Source: Malacoraja senta (Eukaryota). From it: a stretch of 64,000 nt of DNA. The notes beneath the pieces are model-generated. The model was not told where the DNA came from, ran no database searches, and saw nothing but the letters and a program-made list of their open reading frames with translations. Numbering within the stretch: position 1 is the first letter of the stretch; each line of letters begins with the position of its first letter. Both the position numbers and the translations under genes were made by a program. Shown here one piece after another: positions 13,294 through 24,789 of the stretch. The DNA is taken from NCBI GenBank assembly GCA_038087875.1, contig CM075991.1:10232001-10296000 (forward strand), read 5' to 3'.

Positions 13294-14219
13294 TTCCTAG
13301 CTTGGAATGGAAGAATGGAAACCAGCCCCTTGTCCCACTGAATCCACGCCGGCCATCGATCATCCGTTTGCACTAGTTCTATTTATCCCATTTCCTCGCC
13401 CTCTCCTTATATATTCGGGACCGCTTTACAGGGGAGGGCAATCAACCTGCAATCAACCCCCCCCCCCCCCCCCCGTCTTTGGGAAGTAAGAGGGTCTCGA
13501 TTAGTACGGGTGTCAGGGGTTATGGGGAGAAGGCAGGAGAATGGGGGTTGGGAGGGAGAGATAGATCAGCCGTGATTGAATGGGGTAGACTTGGTGGGCC
13601 GAATGGCCTAATTCTGCTCCTATCACTTATGAAACCGGAGCACCCAGTGGAAATTCATGCGATCACAGGGAGAACTCCACACAGACAGCATCTGAGGTCA
13701 GGATCGAACCCCGGGTTTCTGTTCTACTATGCTATACCTTTGCTCCTGAAAATCTACATAATCACAAATCGTTGATCTGCGCGATGTATGATATTATTAA
13801 TTAGTGACAGGTGTAAATTGCAGTTTCTAAAGTGTTTGGAATATCCATTTCCTTCTGCTAATCACTGCTCTGTGTCAACGTGTCCAAAGGCTGAATCTCC
13901 AAGTTAGATATTAGTCAAAATGTTTGATTTGTCGACTCTAAACCCTTCAAGAATAGCTGTAAGTTCACAAATTACAATAACTGCATGCACATTTTTACAC
14001 CACATCCAAAAGATTGAAAGATATTACAGCCACTGATTACCATATTACAGAAGAAGGGTAACGTTTAAGAAACAGTTAGACAAGTACATGGACAGGACAG
14101 GTTTGGAGGGATATGGGCCAAACGCAGGCAGGTGGGACTAGTGTAGCTGGGACATGCTGGCCAGTGTGGGCAAGTTGGGCCGAAGGGCCTGTACCGACGC
14201 TGTATCACATGTTTATATG

Positions 14220-14705
14220 TAGGGAGTACAGCGTAGGTTTACAAGGTTATTTCACATATGCTGAGAGAATGGAGCGGCTGGGCTTGTACACTCTGGAGTT
14301 TAGAAGGATGAGAGGATATCTCATTGAAACATATAAGATTGTTAAGGGCTTGGACACGCTAGAGGCAGGAAACATGTTCCCGATGTTGGGGGAGTCCAGA
14401 ACCAGGGGCCACAGTTTAAGAATAAGGGGTAAGCCATTTAGAACGGAGATGAGGAAACACTTTTTCTCACAGAGAGTTGTGAGTCTGTGGAATTCTCTGC
14501 CTCAGAGGGCGGTGGAGGCCGGTTCTCTGGATACTTTCAAGAGAGAGCCAGATAGGGCTCTTAAAGATAGCAGAGTCAGGGGATATGGGGAGAAGGCAGG
14601 AACGGGGTACTGATTGGGGATGATCAGCCATGATCACATTGAATGGCGGTGCTGGCTCGAAGGGCCGAATGGCCTACTCTTGCACCTATTGTCTATTGTC
14701 TATTA
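14220..14705 (+). mobile_element. CR1 LINE 3' region
   Basis: LGLYTLEFRRMRG..RTRGHSLRIRG..FFSQRVVSLWNSLP. Confidence 0.92.
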
Positions 14706-15234
14706 CTCTATGACTCTAAGGAGTGCAAGGAATACTGTAATACTCAAAAAAGACAAAGAAAAGTTTGGCAACTTAGAGATTTCACCGGGTAATGTCTGAT
14801 TCCTGGTCAATCTCCAGATCTTACACACTCACACACTCCAATCATTTTCTAAAGTAACGTGTGGAGATATTGGTAAAGCTGAGATTATGTCCCTTGGAGC
14901 AGTGGACAGAACCAGGCACTTAGACAATTATATTAGTGCAATGCCAGAAGGCCAAATGTGATCACAATCTTTACCTGATAAAAAGACAAAAACAGAACTT
15001 ACAGCCCATCTCAGCCACTTTATAAGTCAAAACATCAAATAATGGCAATATCCTAAAAAATCCTCAACAGGTTAACCTCAAAAAAACATGTATGCCCTGT
15101 ATCCCAGGTTCAAACAGTCTATCACAGCATATCTACAGGTCAAAGTAATACAACTGTGCATCATCCTCAAATATACTTTGCATGTCAATCCGGCTACTAA
15201 ACATGACCACCTCCAAATAAGCTCTGAACTACAT

Positions 15235-15472
<238 letters not shown>

Positions 15473-16724
15473 ACAACTTGTTGTCCTTTATTATGTAGTT
15501 TACAGAGTATCATGTCCACATGGTCTGTTGTGCTGTTCCAAGTAACAATGTCATTGTTCTCTTTGGGCCACATGACAATAAAACACTCTTGCCTCTTCGT
15601 CAAGAGGATTGCATGAGGTTGCGATGCCACTTGGACAGAAGCCCGTCGTCCAACAGTGCAGCTTGGCAGGGATCTACTGAACTGGAAGGTCCACCTTAGA
15701 GGAATTTTACTTTGCTCAGATGTGCCTCGAGGCTGAGCAACATGAATATCGTTGCAGCATCTGGGCAGATGTGTACAGGTGCAATGTCACCACGACGCAT
15801 GGCATTCTAGACAACGCAAACACGATCATTGGGATTGCACAGGGCAGGAGTGAATCATTGAATGACATTGATAAAATCCCTCAGGAGCAACGTTTTCCAC
15901 TCAGAGTGTAGTCCATCTCTGGAATGAGCTGCCAGAGGAGGTTCTTGAGGCAAATACAATGGCAACTCTTAAAGGACGTTTGGAAAGATATATGGATAGG
16001 AAGGGTTCAGAGGTGATGTGGGTGGTGAGCAGGCACATGGGACTAGTCCTGTATGTCATCTTACAGGATAACACACCACTAAAGCTTTTTACTGTACCTC
16101 GGTGCAAATGATGATAAACTAAACTGATAGTGGTCAGCATAGTGGGCCAAAGGGCCTGTTTCTGAGCTGTGCAGATTAACAGCTTCATGATATTCAGCCT
16201 CAGAAACAGACAGAAGATGTACCTTGTCACTTACACCCTTGTAAGGAAAATGATTGAGTTGCTGGTCATAGAATCACAGAGTTATACGACGAGGAAGAGA
16301 GGCCCGTCGGCCCAACATGTACCATCTACATTAGTCCCGCCTGCCTGAGTTTGGTCCATATCCCTCTAAACCTATCCTATCCATGTACCTGTCTAAATGT
16401 TTCTTAAACATTATGATAGTCCCTGCCTCAACTACCTTCTCCGGCTGCTCGTTCCATACACCCACCACCCTTTGTGTGAAAAAAAGGTTATCCCTCAGGT
16501 GCCTATTAAATCTTTCCCCCCTCACCTGAACCCTATGTCCCTCTGGTTTTCAATTCTCCTGCTCTGGGCAAAAGACTGTGCATTTACCCAATTGTTTCCT
16601 GTCATGAACTTGTACACCTCTATGAGAGGCGTCATTCACAAAGGCACATAAATAACAACCTGGAACAAACAGAGAGCGGTGGAAATATTCAGCAGGTCGT
16701 GCAGCATCCGTGGAGAAAGAAGCC

Positions 16725-17173
16725 GGACACCTCCGCTCGGTTCGCAATAACCAACCTGATCTCCCCGTGACTCAGCACTTCAATTCCCCCTCCCATTCTA
16801 AATCTGACCTTTCCGTCCTCGTGCTGGGCCTCCTCCATGGCCGGAGTGAGTCCCACCACAAATTGGAGGAGCAGCACCCCATATTTCGCTTGGGAAGTTT
16901 ACACCCCAGCGGTATGAACATTGACTTCTCCAATTTCAGGTAGTCCTTGCTTTCCCCCTCTTTCCCCTCCCCTTCCCAGCTCTCCCACAGCCCACTGTCT
17001 CCGCCTCTTCCTTTCTTCTTCCTGCCCCCCCAACCCAACATCAGTCTGAAGAAGGGTCTCGACCAGAAACGTCACCTATTTCCTTCGCTCCATAGATGCT
17101 GCCTCACCGCTGAGTTTCTCCAGCATTTTTGTCTACCTTTGATTTTTCCAGCATCTGCAGTTCTTTCTTAAAC
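16725..17173 (+). mobile_element. Penelope-like element 3' end: GIY-YIG endonuclease C-terminus plus terminal repeat with hammerhead motif
   Basis: HLRSVRNNQPDLPVTQHFNSPSHS..GLLH..KLEEQH.IFRLGSLHPSGMN is typical of the PLE GIY-YIG C-terminus; followed by a pyrimidine tract and CTGAAGA-helix-GAAACGTC at 17046-17073. Confidence 0.85.
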
Positions 17174-17659
17174 AGTTAATATTTCAAGTCATTTCAGTTC
17201 TGATTAATTATCAGTCTCAATTGATGAGTCAGTTTCTTCCCCCACAAATGCTGCCCGGAGTACTTCCAATAATATTCTGTCTATATTTTAGATTTCCCAC
17301 AGTGTTTCCATTTCAGCCCTTGAATAGAATTGCCTCTCTCTATTCTACACGCCTTGGATTGTGGCTTGAGGAATGACAGGGTGAGTGCTCAACAGCGGAC
17401 AAATGTCCATATGCACACACACTCTTCACCCGACAAACACATCATTCAGGAACAAGAGGGCCCCACAGCAGAAGCGTCCACGTCGCGGGGCTGGACACTG
17501 GAAGTATCCCGAGCTAATTCGGCTACCACCATCATCTATTGCGACAAGTGATGGCTCCCACTGATTGTCGCCGGAAGCTTGCGTCCTTTTCAGGACGGAT
17601 GATGACAGCGATGTCAACATTTTTCACATGGAAGATGGACATGAAAGAAGGACATAGAG

Positions 17660-17859
17660 NNNNNNNNNNNNNNNNNNNNNNNNNNNNNNNNNNNNNNNNN
17701 NNNNNNNNNNNNNNNNNNNNNNNNNNNNNNNNNNNNNNNNNNNNNNNNNNNNNNNNNNNNNNNNNNNNNNNNNNNNNNNNNNNNNNNNNNNNNNNNNNNN
17801 NNNNNNNNNNNNNNNNNNNNNNNNNNNNNNNNNNNNNNNNNNNNNNNNNNNNNNNNNNN
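17660..17859. other. Assembly gap (200 N)
   Basis: Run of N. Confidence 1.
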
Positions 17860-19225
17860 CTGGAAACAGACCCTTCGGCCCAACTAGCCCACTGAATGGA
17901 CATCATTTGACAAACCACCAGTATTTTACATTCTAACCACCTCTAATGTAATGTGACAATTCTTCAACACTTATTGGCTTTGGTGTAACTACCATAAAAA
18001 CCCTTGATCTCCCCGACCAGACAACATACAGTCCCGGGTTCTGCATTTCCCCAAACCCATTGCCCTTCCAAATAAACCCAGCCCGTGGTGAAAGTAGGAG
18101 ATGTCCCCCATTATGGGCTCAGACTGGTGGCCGGTCCCACCCAGAGCGCTGTCCTTGGTATTTTACCCGAGAGAGGGTTGTTTTTACAAGTCCCTGCATC
18201 GCATCAAGCTGCACCAACAAGTGTACGTGTTCGCAGACTCTTTCAAAGTTTGCACCATTATTTAGCAAACCGTCAGCATTTGTGGACGTGGCTGACAATC
18301 GGATCCCAGCTCCAGATGCCTGCAATCCGGTCGCTCAAAACCCATCTGATCCCGCGTTGGAAAGGGCTCATTGAGAGTGAGAGAGAGAGAGAGGTCCCCA
18401 CCTCCCTGCCCCTGAAATTCACCCCAATGCTCCATCATCTGTTTGATCCTCTCCTGCTCACTCCTGCCCCCTCCCCATCATCTCTGCCCCCCCCAGTGTG
18501 TTTACCCTTGGACACACACTGCTCTGTCCACGGGTCACCCCGCTATCTCCAGCTTCCTGATGTTTCCTGAACCTGGAAGGTCGCTAGACTGAGCATTGCG
18601 GCTCGCCAGCCCTGCCAACACCCCCCCCCCCCACCCACCCACCCAAACAATCAAAGCTTCACCTCCAAATCCCTCGTCCACACAAACACGAACAACGTGG
18701 ACCGTGAATCCAGATTGGGGGGGGGGGTGGCTCAGTGTCAGAGGAGACACCTCATCTCCCCCTTCCCACCCATTCCACCCACCTCTACATTCAATTCACC
18801 TCGACCCCCTCCCCTCGCACTCTCCAGCCCACCCACCTCCCTACCCCCTCCACCTCCCTCTCCCTTCCTCGCCTCCCCCTCTCCCCTCTAACTCATTCAC
18901 CGTCACCTCACTCACCTTCCCCTTTACCCTTGGAAGCCACTTGGTGGGACAGGTGACAATCCTCACCCCCCCCACACACACACACACCCTGTCTCACCCC
19001 TCACACACCCCCTCCCCACCTTCCCGTCCCACTCACAACATCAGCACTCTCAGTCAAGATTGGTACCTGACCTCCCATCCCCTCTCACCCTCAATCCCCC
19101 CTCTCAATCACCTCCCCTCACCCCCTCCTCAACCCCTCGCCCCCTGAGGTCCCTCGGTGACGGGTGATCCATCCAAATCTACCTCACTCCCCCCCTCCTT
19201 CTCATTCACATCGCCTCACCCCCCC

Positions 19226-19261
<36 letters not shown>

Positions 19262-19579
19262 CTTGCAGTCCTGGAGGTCGCTCAGATGATACACCATCAA
19301 CCACCCCCATCTCCAACCCTCACCACCACCACCCCCTCATCTCATTCATCTCTGCATCTCCCATTCTCTCTCCCTCTCCAAACCCCTTGCAGTCCAGAAG
19401 GTCGCTCAGCCATGATCACAATGAATGGCGGTGCTGGGCCGAATGGCCTCCTCCTGCACCTATTTTCTATGTTTCTATGATACATCATCAACCATCTCAA
19501 TCTCCCTCAACCCCATCCTCTCCCCCATTTCCAACCCCTCCACCTCCCTCCCTCCCTCCAGGCCGTTCGGCCCCTGTAC

Positions 19580-19705
19580 CTTCTTCTTGCGCTCCCGGGA
19601 ACGGTTCCTCCGTTTTCTCTTCTCTTCCTCTTTCTTGTCCAGCTCCAATTGAGCATTCGTCTCCACATCTTTGAACTTCTTCAACTGTTTGGCGGCTTGA
19701 GCCAT
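19580..19705 (-). CDS. ANK1: ANK1 (ankyrin-R) distal alternative first coding exon, 42 aa
   Basis: Strong Kozak GCCATGG; MAQAAKQLKKFKDVETNAQLELDKKEEEKRKRRNRSRERKKK resembles the human ANK1 distal-promoter isoform N-terminus (MAQAAKQLKKIKD...KRRNRSRDRKKK); phase-0 donor AAG|gtacag; downstream of KAT6A on the same strand, as in human. Confidence 0.9.
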
Positions 19706-20760
19706 GGCAAGAGATGGCCGAGGGGAGGGGGGGTCCCAGTGGTGGCCGAGGTCACCCACTCGGTCACTCACTCACTCACTCACAGAGCAGGCAAGCCAGC
19801 CCGGGTAGGGACAGGGAGAGGGGAGAGGAGGGGAAGGGGGTGAGCTGGCTGGCTGGCTGCTGGCTCCAGCCTCTGCCGCTTTACAACAGCAGCCTGGTCA
19901 TCATTGGTTTCCAATCAGCAATGCGCTGGTGCTAATCAGCGCTGCATCGGGTCCGGGAGCGAGAGGTTCCCCCTCATAGCCGCAGCCCCCCACGGTAGAA
20001 GTGGTTGGACGGTGTAACATCGCGGGGTGAACGCCCCCCTCCTCCCCTCTCTCTGCCTCTCTCCCCCCTTTCTCTCTCTACTCTCCCCTCTCCCACCCTC
20101 TCTTTCTCTCTCCCTCCCCCTGGGGCCGTGCTCTGTGCCTTGTCCGGGATGGGATGCGCCTACCTCGCCCTGCTCTGTGTGTGTGTGTGTGTGTGTGGGG
20201 TGGGGAGAGAAGAGACACGGACTCTGTGCGGCTGCAGAAACTGCGGCGGAGATCCGCGACCAGACCAGACCTGGAGAGTGAATGATGTTCCCCCCTCTCC
20301 TGCCTTCCCCTCTCCTCTCCCCTCCCCTCCCCTCCCCGCGGGTACCTGCGGCTCTGTGTCTGTGTCTGTGTCTGTGTCTGTGTGTGTGTGTGTGTGTGTC
20401 AGTGTGTGTGATCTATGCTGGAGATGCAGGCTCCACTGCGGGTGGAGACAGACCAGCTCCCACTGCACCAGTCGCGACCTCCCTCGGCTGCAGACCCTGT
20501 CCCACCTGGGCTTAAATCTCCCCTCCTCCACAGCCTCCCCCCCCCCCTCCCCCACCCACCCAACCACCCGCGGCCGCTCGGCCCTCCAGACAGATTCTAG
20601 ACGAGCCAAGTTGTGGCGTTTGCCAGCTTGGGGGGGCGCGCACTGTGATGTTACAACACTCCTGACGCAAGCGGCGGCGATCTCTTGTTACATAATGCAG
20701 GGGAGGTTTTGTGGCACGTGTTAATGCACAGGAAGACTGCGAAAACCCTCCCCCAATCTA
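19706..20760 (-). promoter_or_regulatory. GC/CpG-rich 5'UTR and promoter region of the ANK1 distal exon
   Basis: GC-rich, TE-free stretch directly upstream of the ATG; inverted CCAAT pair ATTGGtttCCAAT at 19903-19915; purine/pyrimidine tracts. Confidence 0.55.
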
Positions 20761-21730
20761 CGCCAGAGGTACGTCTATCTGCTGGGAGATGAGCACTGCC
20801 CCTTGGATGGTGAATCTGTGGGCATGTTTGCCACAGAAGGCTGTGGAGGACAAGTCAGTTGATATATTGAAGGCAGACTGTTCAGATAGATTCTTGATTA
20901 GGACGGTTATGTGTCAGAGGTTGTGGGGAGAAGGCAGGAGGATAGGGCTGGGAGCCTGACCCACTGAGTTTCTCCAGCACTGTGTGTTTCACTCGGATGA
21001 TGATGAGTATGGAGAGAAAGTCTAAAGTGGGGAAAAAAACACACACACACAAAGTGCTGGAGGAACCCAGCGGGTCAGGCAGCATCTGTGGATGGAATGG
21101 AAAGAGGTGGTTTCAGATGGGGACTGTCCTACTCCAATCTGAAGAAGGGTCCCGACCAGAAACATCCTCTGGCCATTCCCTCCACAGATGCTGCCTGACC
21201 TGCTGAGTGCTTCCAGCACCTTGTGTTTTATTTCAAGTCTTTGGTTGGGGATGTGTTGGATGGTGGTTCAATGGTACTTCAGGAAGGCTGGCTCCGTCCT
21301 GGGGCGGAGTTGGATTGACTGGAGGTGGGTCTTGGAGGGGAGGATGCTCCTCAAACTGCGGAGCATCCTGGACAATACTAGCTCACCCCCTCCATGACAC
21401 ACTGGTCAACCTGAGGAGCACCTTCAGCAACAGACTGGTTCTCACCAAGATGCAGCACAGAACACCACAGGAGATCCTTCTTCCTGTGGCTATCAAACTG
21501 TACAACTCCTCCACCTTCTGTCGTGGGGTAGACTGAGGCTGACTCACCCCCACCCACCTCAATTCTTTGCACATCCCCAATCCTGGACTTTCCACGCGTC
21601 ACTTTAATTTCATGTTTCTTATATCTTATTGTGTTTTATGGCTGTTGCAGACCGATTTCCCCCCCCCCCCCCTTGATATATAACGTTCTATCATATCGCA
21701 TGATATCGTATCATATTGCCCGGAGAATAA

Positions 21731-22210
21731 CGGGCCTGTCCCACTTGGGCTTCATTTGCACATCCTAAAAATGGTTGGGACGCCGTGACGCGCGTGCGGT
21801 GGCGTATGCAGTGACGCGCGGTGCTTCCCTATCGCCCCAGGATTTTGGAATGTTCAAAATCCTCGCTCGCTACCTGCGTGAAGTATCCCTTGCGCACGCT
21901 GACGTACTGATGGCGTCCGTGTAGCGCGTGGTGACGCATGGTTACGCACGGTGATGCGCGAACATTGCCGGTGCTAATTTATTATGCGTCACCGTGCGTC
22001 AACATCCGTAACCATGCGTCGCCGCATACGCCGTGCCATTTGAGCGCCGCACCACGTGACCACACGGGTATAAAGCGCGCCGAGTTTTTAAAAACATTTT
22101 TCACTGGGAAAATCCTTGCCACGGAGATCGGACTAAGGACGAACGACATCGCAAATGGCTCCCCAAAGAAGCAGCGCCCTCAAGAGCGAAGCGCGCGACT
22201 GACGTACTGC
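21731..22210. mobile_element. One-ended, CpG-rich Harbinger-type element (related piece at 25875-26090)
   Basis: TWA + GGGCCTGTCCCACTTGGGC left end; shared hairpin GGATTTTGGAAT.TTCAAAATCC; no right TIR found. Confidence 0.6.
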
Positions 22211-24073
22211 TAGACTTCTGCAATGCAAGGCAACGTACCATTCACCTTCCCAAATGCTTGCTGGTGTTTCACTTTAGCTTCCAATGATTCATGTACAAGG
22301 ACATCAGGGACCCTTTTAATAGAAATCCCTTCAAAACTCTTACCGTTAACAAATATATCTGAGCACTCCAATTTCTTTTCCATCAGTGCGAGTTGGTCTT
22401 GAAGGAACAAAGCACTCGGTCATCGGAATGAGACTAGTGGGTAAGTGGGTTACATTTTAAGGAAAGGTTTGGCTTTTATTCCCAGGGTTGGACTGACCAC
22501 ATTTGGGGAAATTGATGGGAGCGAGTGTTTCTTTGATGGGGGAGAAATGGAGGCAAACCTTGCAATGTTCAGTTGGGCCATTTGATGGGTGATGGTGATT
22601 GAGGTCAACTGGAAACATGAATATAGAGATGCTGTCTCTGCGGAGTTTGCACGTTCTCCGTGAATGCAGAATTAAATTATATGCAGAAAGGAAGGCATGG
22701 TGGCGCAGCGGTAGAGTTGCTGCCTTACAGCGCCGGTGACCCGGGTTCAGTCCTGACTACGGGTGCTGTCTGTGTGGAGTTTGTACGTTCTGCCTGTGAC
22801 CTGCTTGGGTTTTCTCCAGGTGCTCCGGTTTCCTCCCACACTCCAAAGACCTACAGGTTTATAGGTGAATGGGCTATTGTAAATTGTCATGGAGGGGGTG
22901 GAGCTAGTGTAGGGGGGGGGGAGATTGCAACCTACGCGTGGTCCACCCTGTTTCGACTAATGCAATCAACCTGACATGCACAAACAGAAGATCAAATAGA
23001 ACAAGTTGACCTACAACTTTAGGCTGTGCACGCCATACGCAAGAAGAGGTGTACGGGTGATCACTGGCCAGCATGGCTTCGATGGGCCGAAGGGCCTGTT
23101 TCCACGCTGTTCTCTAAACTAAATCTAAACAGACCATCCTTCAGAGGCAATTAGATCAAATATCAGGTAGGAAACCAATTGGGGCCATGACTTTCTCAAA
23201 CTATTCCACAATAAGCTATGTTTAAGAAGGAACTGCAGATGCTGGAAAATCGAGGGTAGACAAAAGTGCTGGAGAAATTCAGCGGGTGCAGCAGCATCTA
23301 TGGAGCGAAGGAAATAGGCAACGTTTCGGGCCGAAACCCTTCTTCAGACTGATCTGAAGCTATAAGCTATTGAGGGTTTGTAGACACATAATTTGTCAGT
23401 GCATAGACCTTAGGACAGTTGCTAGAGCCGCTACCTCACAGCGCCAGAGACCCAGTTCAACCCAAAACGTCACCTATTTCTTTTTCTTCAGAGATGCTGC
23501 CTATGCTGAGCTACTCCAGCTTTTTGTACCCATCATCCGTTGTATAGAGGTCCATTATTACGAGGGTTTACTGTATCTGTGTTTGACAGGGATGATCAGA
23601 TTCAGTGCACCAGTCTTGCAGTGAAGCTTGCAATTTTTGTCCCTAACACTGAATGCAATGGATTTTTTTTGCTTCAGACTAAACAAAAACCTGCAGCTTC
23701 TGAAGTTTCAAAGGTGCAATCAATAATCCTGATAACCCCCTTTTGCAGCATTATTGATTAGCTGATAGCAGGAGGTGATGTGTGTTAGATAGATGTGCAG
23801 ACTCCACTCAAAATCCTTTGCAGGATTACCCATTCACCAAAGAAGACAGCGTGAACTGTGATTGTACTGACAACAAATATGTGTGTCGGTTCACAGTTGC
23901 AAACATGCCTCTTAGGCTGCACAAACATGTCATTTACGGGCAGGAAAAGGCCAGTCAACATTCAAGCCACTCCACAATTTAATATAATTCTGTGGTCGCA
24001 GTGTCATGCAGCACAGCATCAGACCCTTCGGCCCAACGTGTCCGTGCCGACCCCCAGACACTACCACTATCCT

Positions 24074-24789
24074 TTTTTAAAAAATTTTATTTATTAGAAG
24101 TACATTACATTACAACCACATACATTAATACTCGTCATTTATATCTTCTTACAATTAATGTACTCCCTTTATTTATTTTTTTACACTAGAAAAGGAAAAG
24201 ATTGAAAGAAAGAAGAAAGTGAAGGAAAAAGTGAAAGTGTAGAAAAGTGTAGAAAATGTAACAACAATAAAGGACGAAGACCCTATAAGAGCGAAATTAA
24301 AACAAGAGAAAAAGAGTTAAGAAATAGGCCCTAGGAAAAAAAAGAGAAAGAGAGAGGAAAAAAAAAAGAAAAAAATATATTTTTTTGAGCATTACGTAAA
24401 TAGGACATACCAACTCTTCAACTATCATCCCCCTTACCTGACCTCAATTTTTTTTTTTTTTTTAAGTACTTTTGCACCCTATGTTTGTAATAATTCTATA
24501 AATGCAGACCACGTCAGGTGGAAGTGATCTGGTTTACCTGCTAGGAGGTCTTATCTCTTCTAGGTGTAATGTTCAAACATATTTGAAATCCACATATTTA
24601 TAGTTGGTATTGGAGCCTTCTTCCAAAATTTTAGAATTAGCTTTTTTCCAGTTATTAACCCATAGTCCATTAGTTTCTTTTGAAACACATTTAGTTCTGG
24701 ACCATCTTCCGTTATACCGAAGATAATCCATTCTGCTTTGGGTATCAGTCTTGTTTTAAATAACTTTGTAAAGATTTCAAAATTTCATT
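24074..24789 (-). mobile_element. L1/Tx1-like LINE 3' end with 10-bp TSD, inserted in a SINE
   Basis: TSD CCACTATCCT at 24064-24073 and 24790-24799; minus strand reads KKLILKFWKKAPIPTINMWISNMFE (L1-type ORF2 C-terminus), then U-rich 3'UTR, AATAAA and A-rich tail. Confidence 0.75.

Noticed and set aside
19706..19771. In-frame N-terminal extension of the ANK1 exon from a GTG
   Set aside because: Homology begins at the strong-Kozak ATG at 19705; the extension looks like 5'UTR
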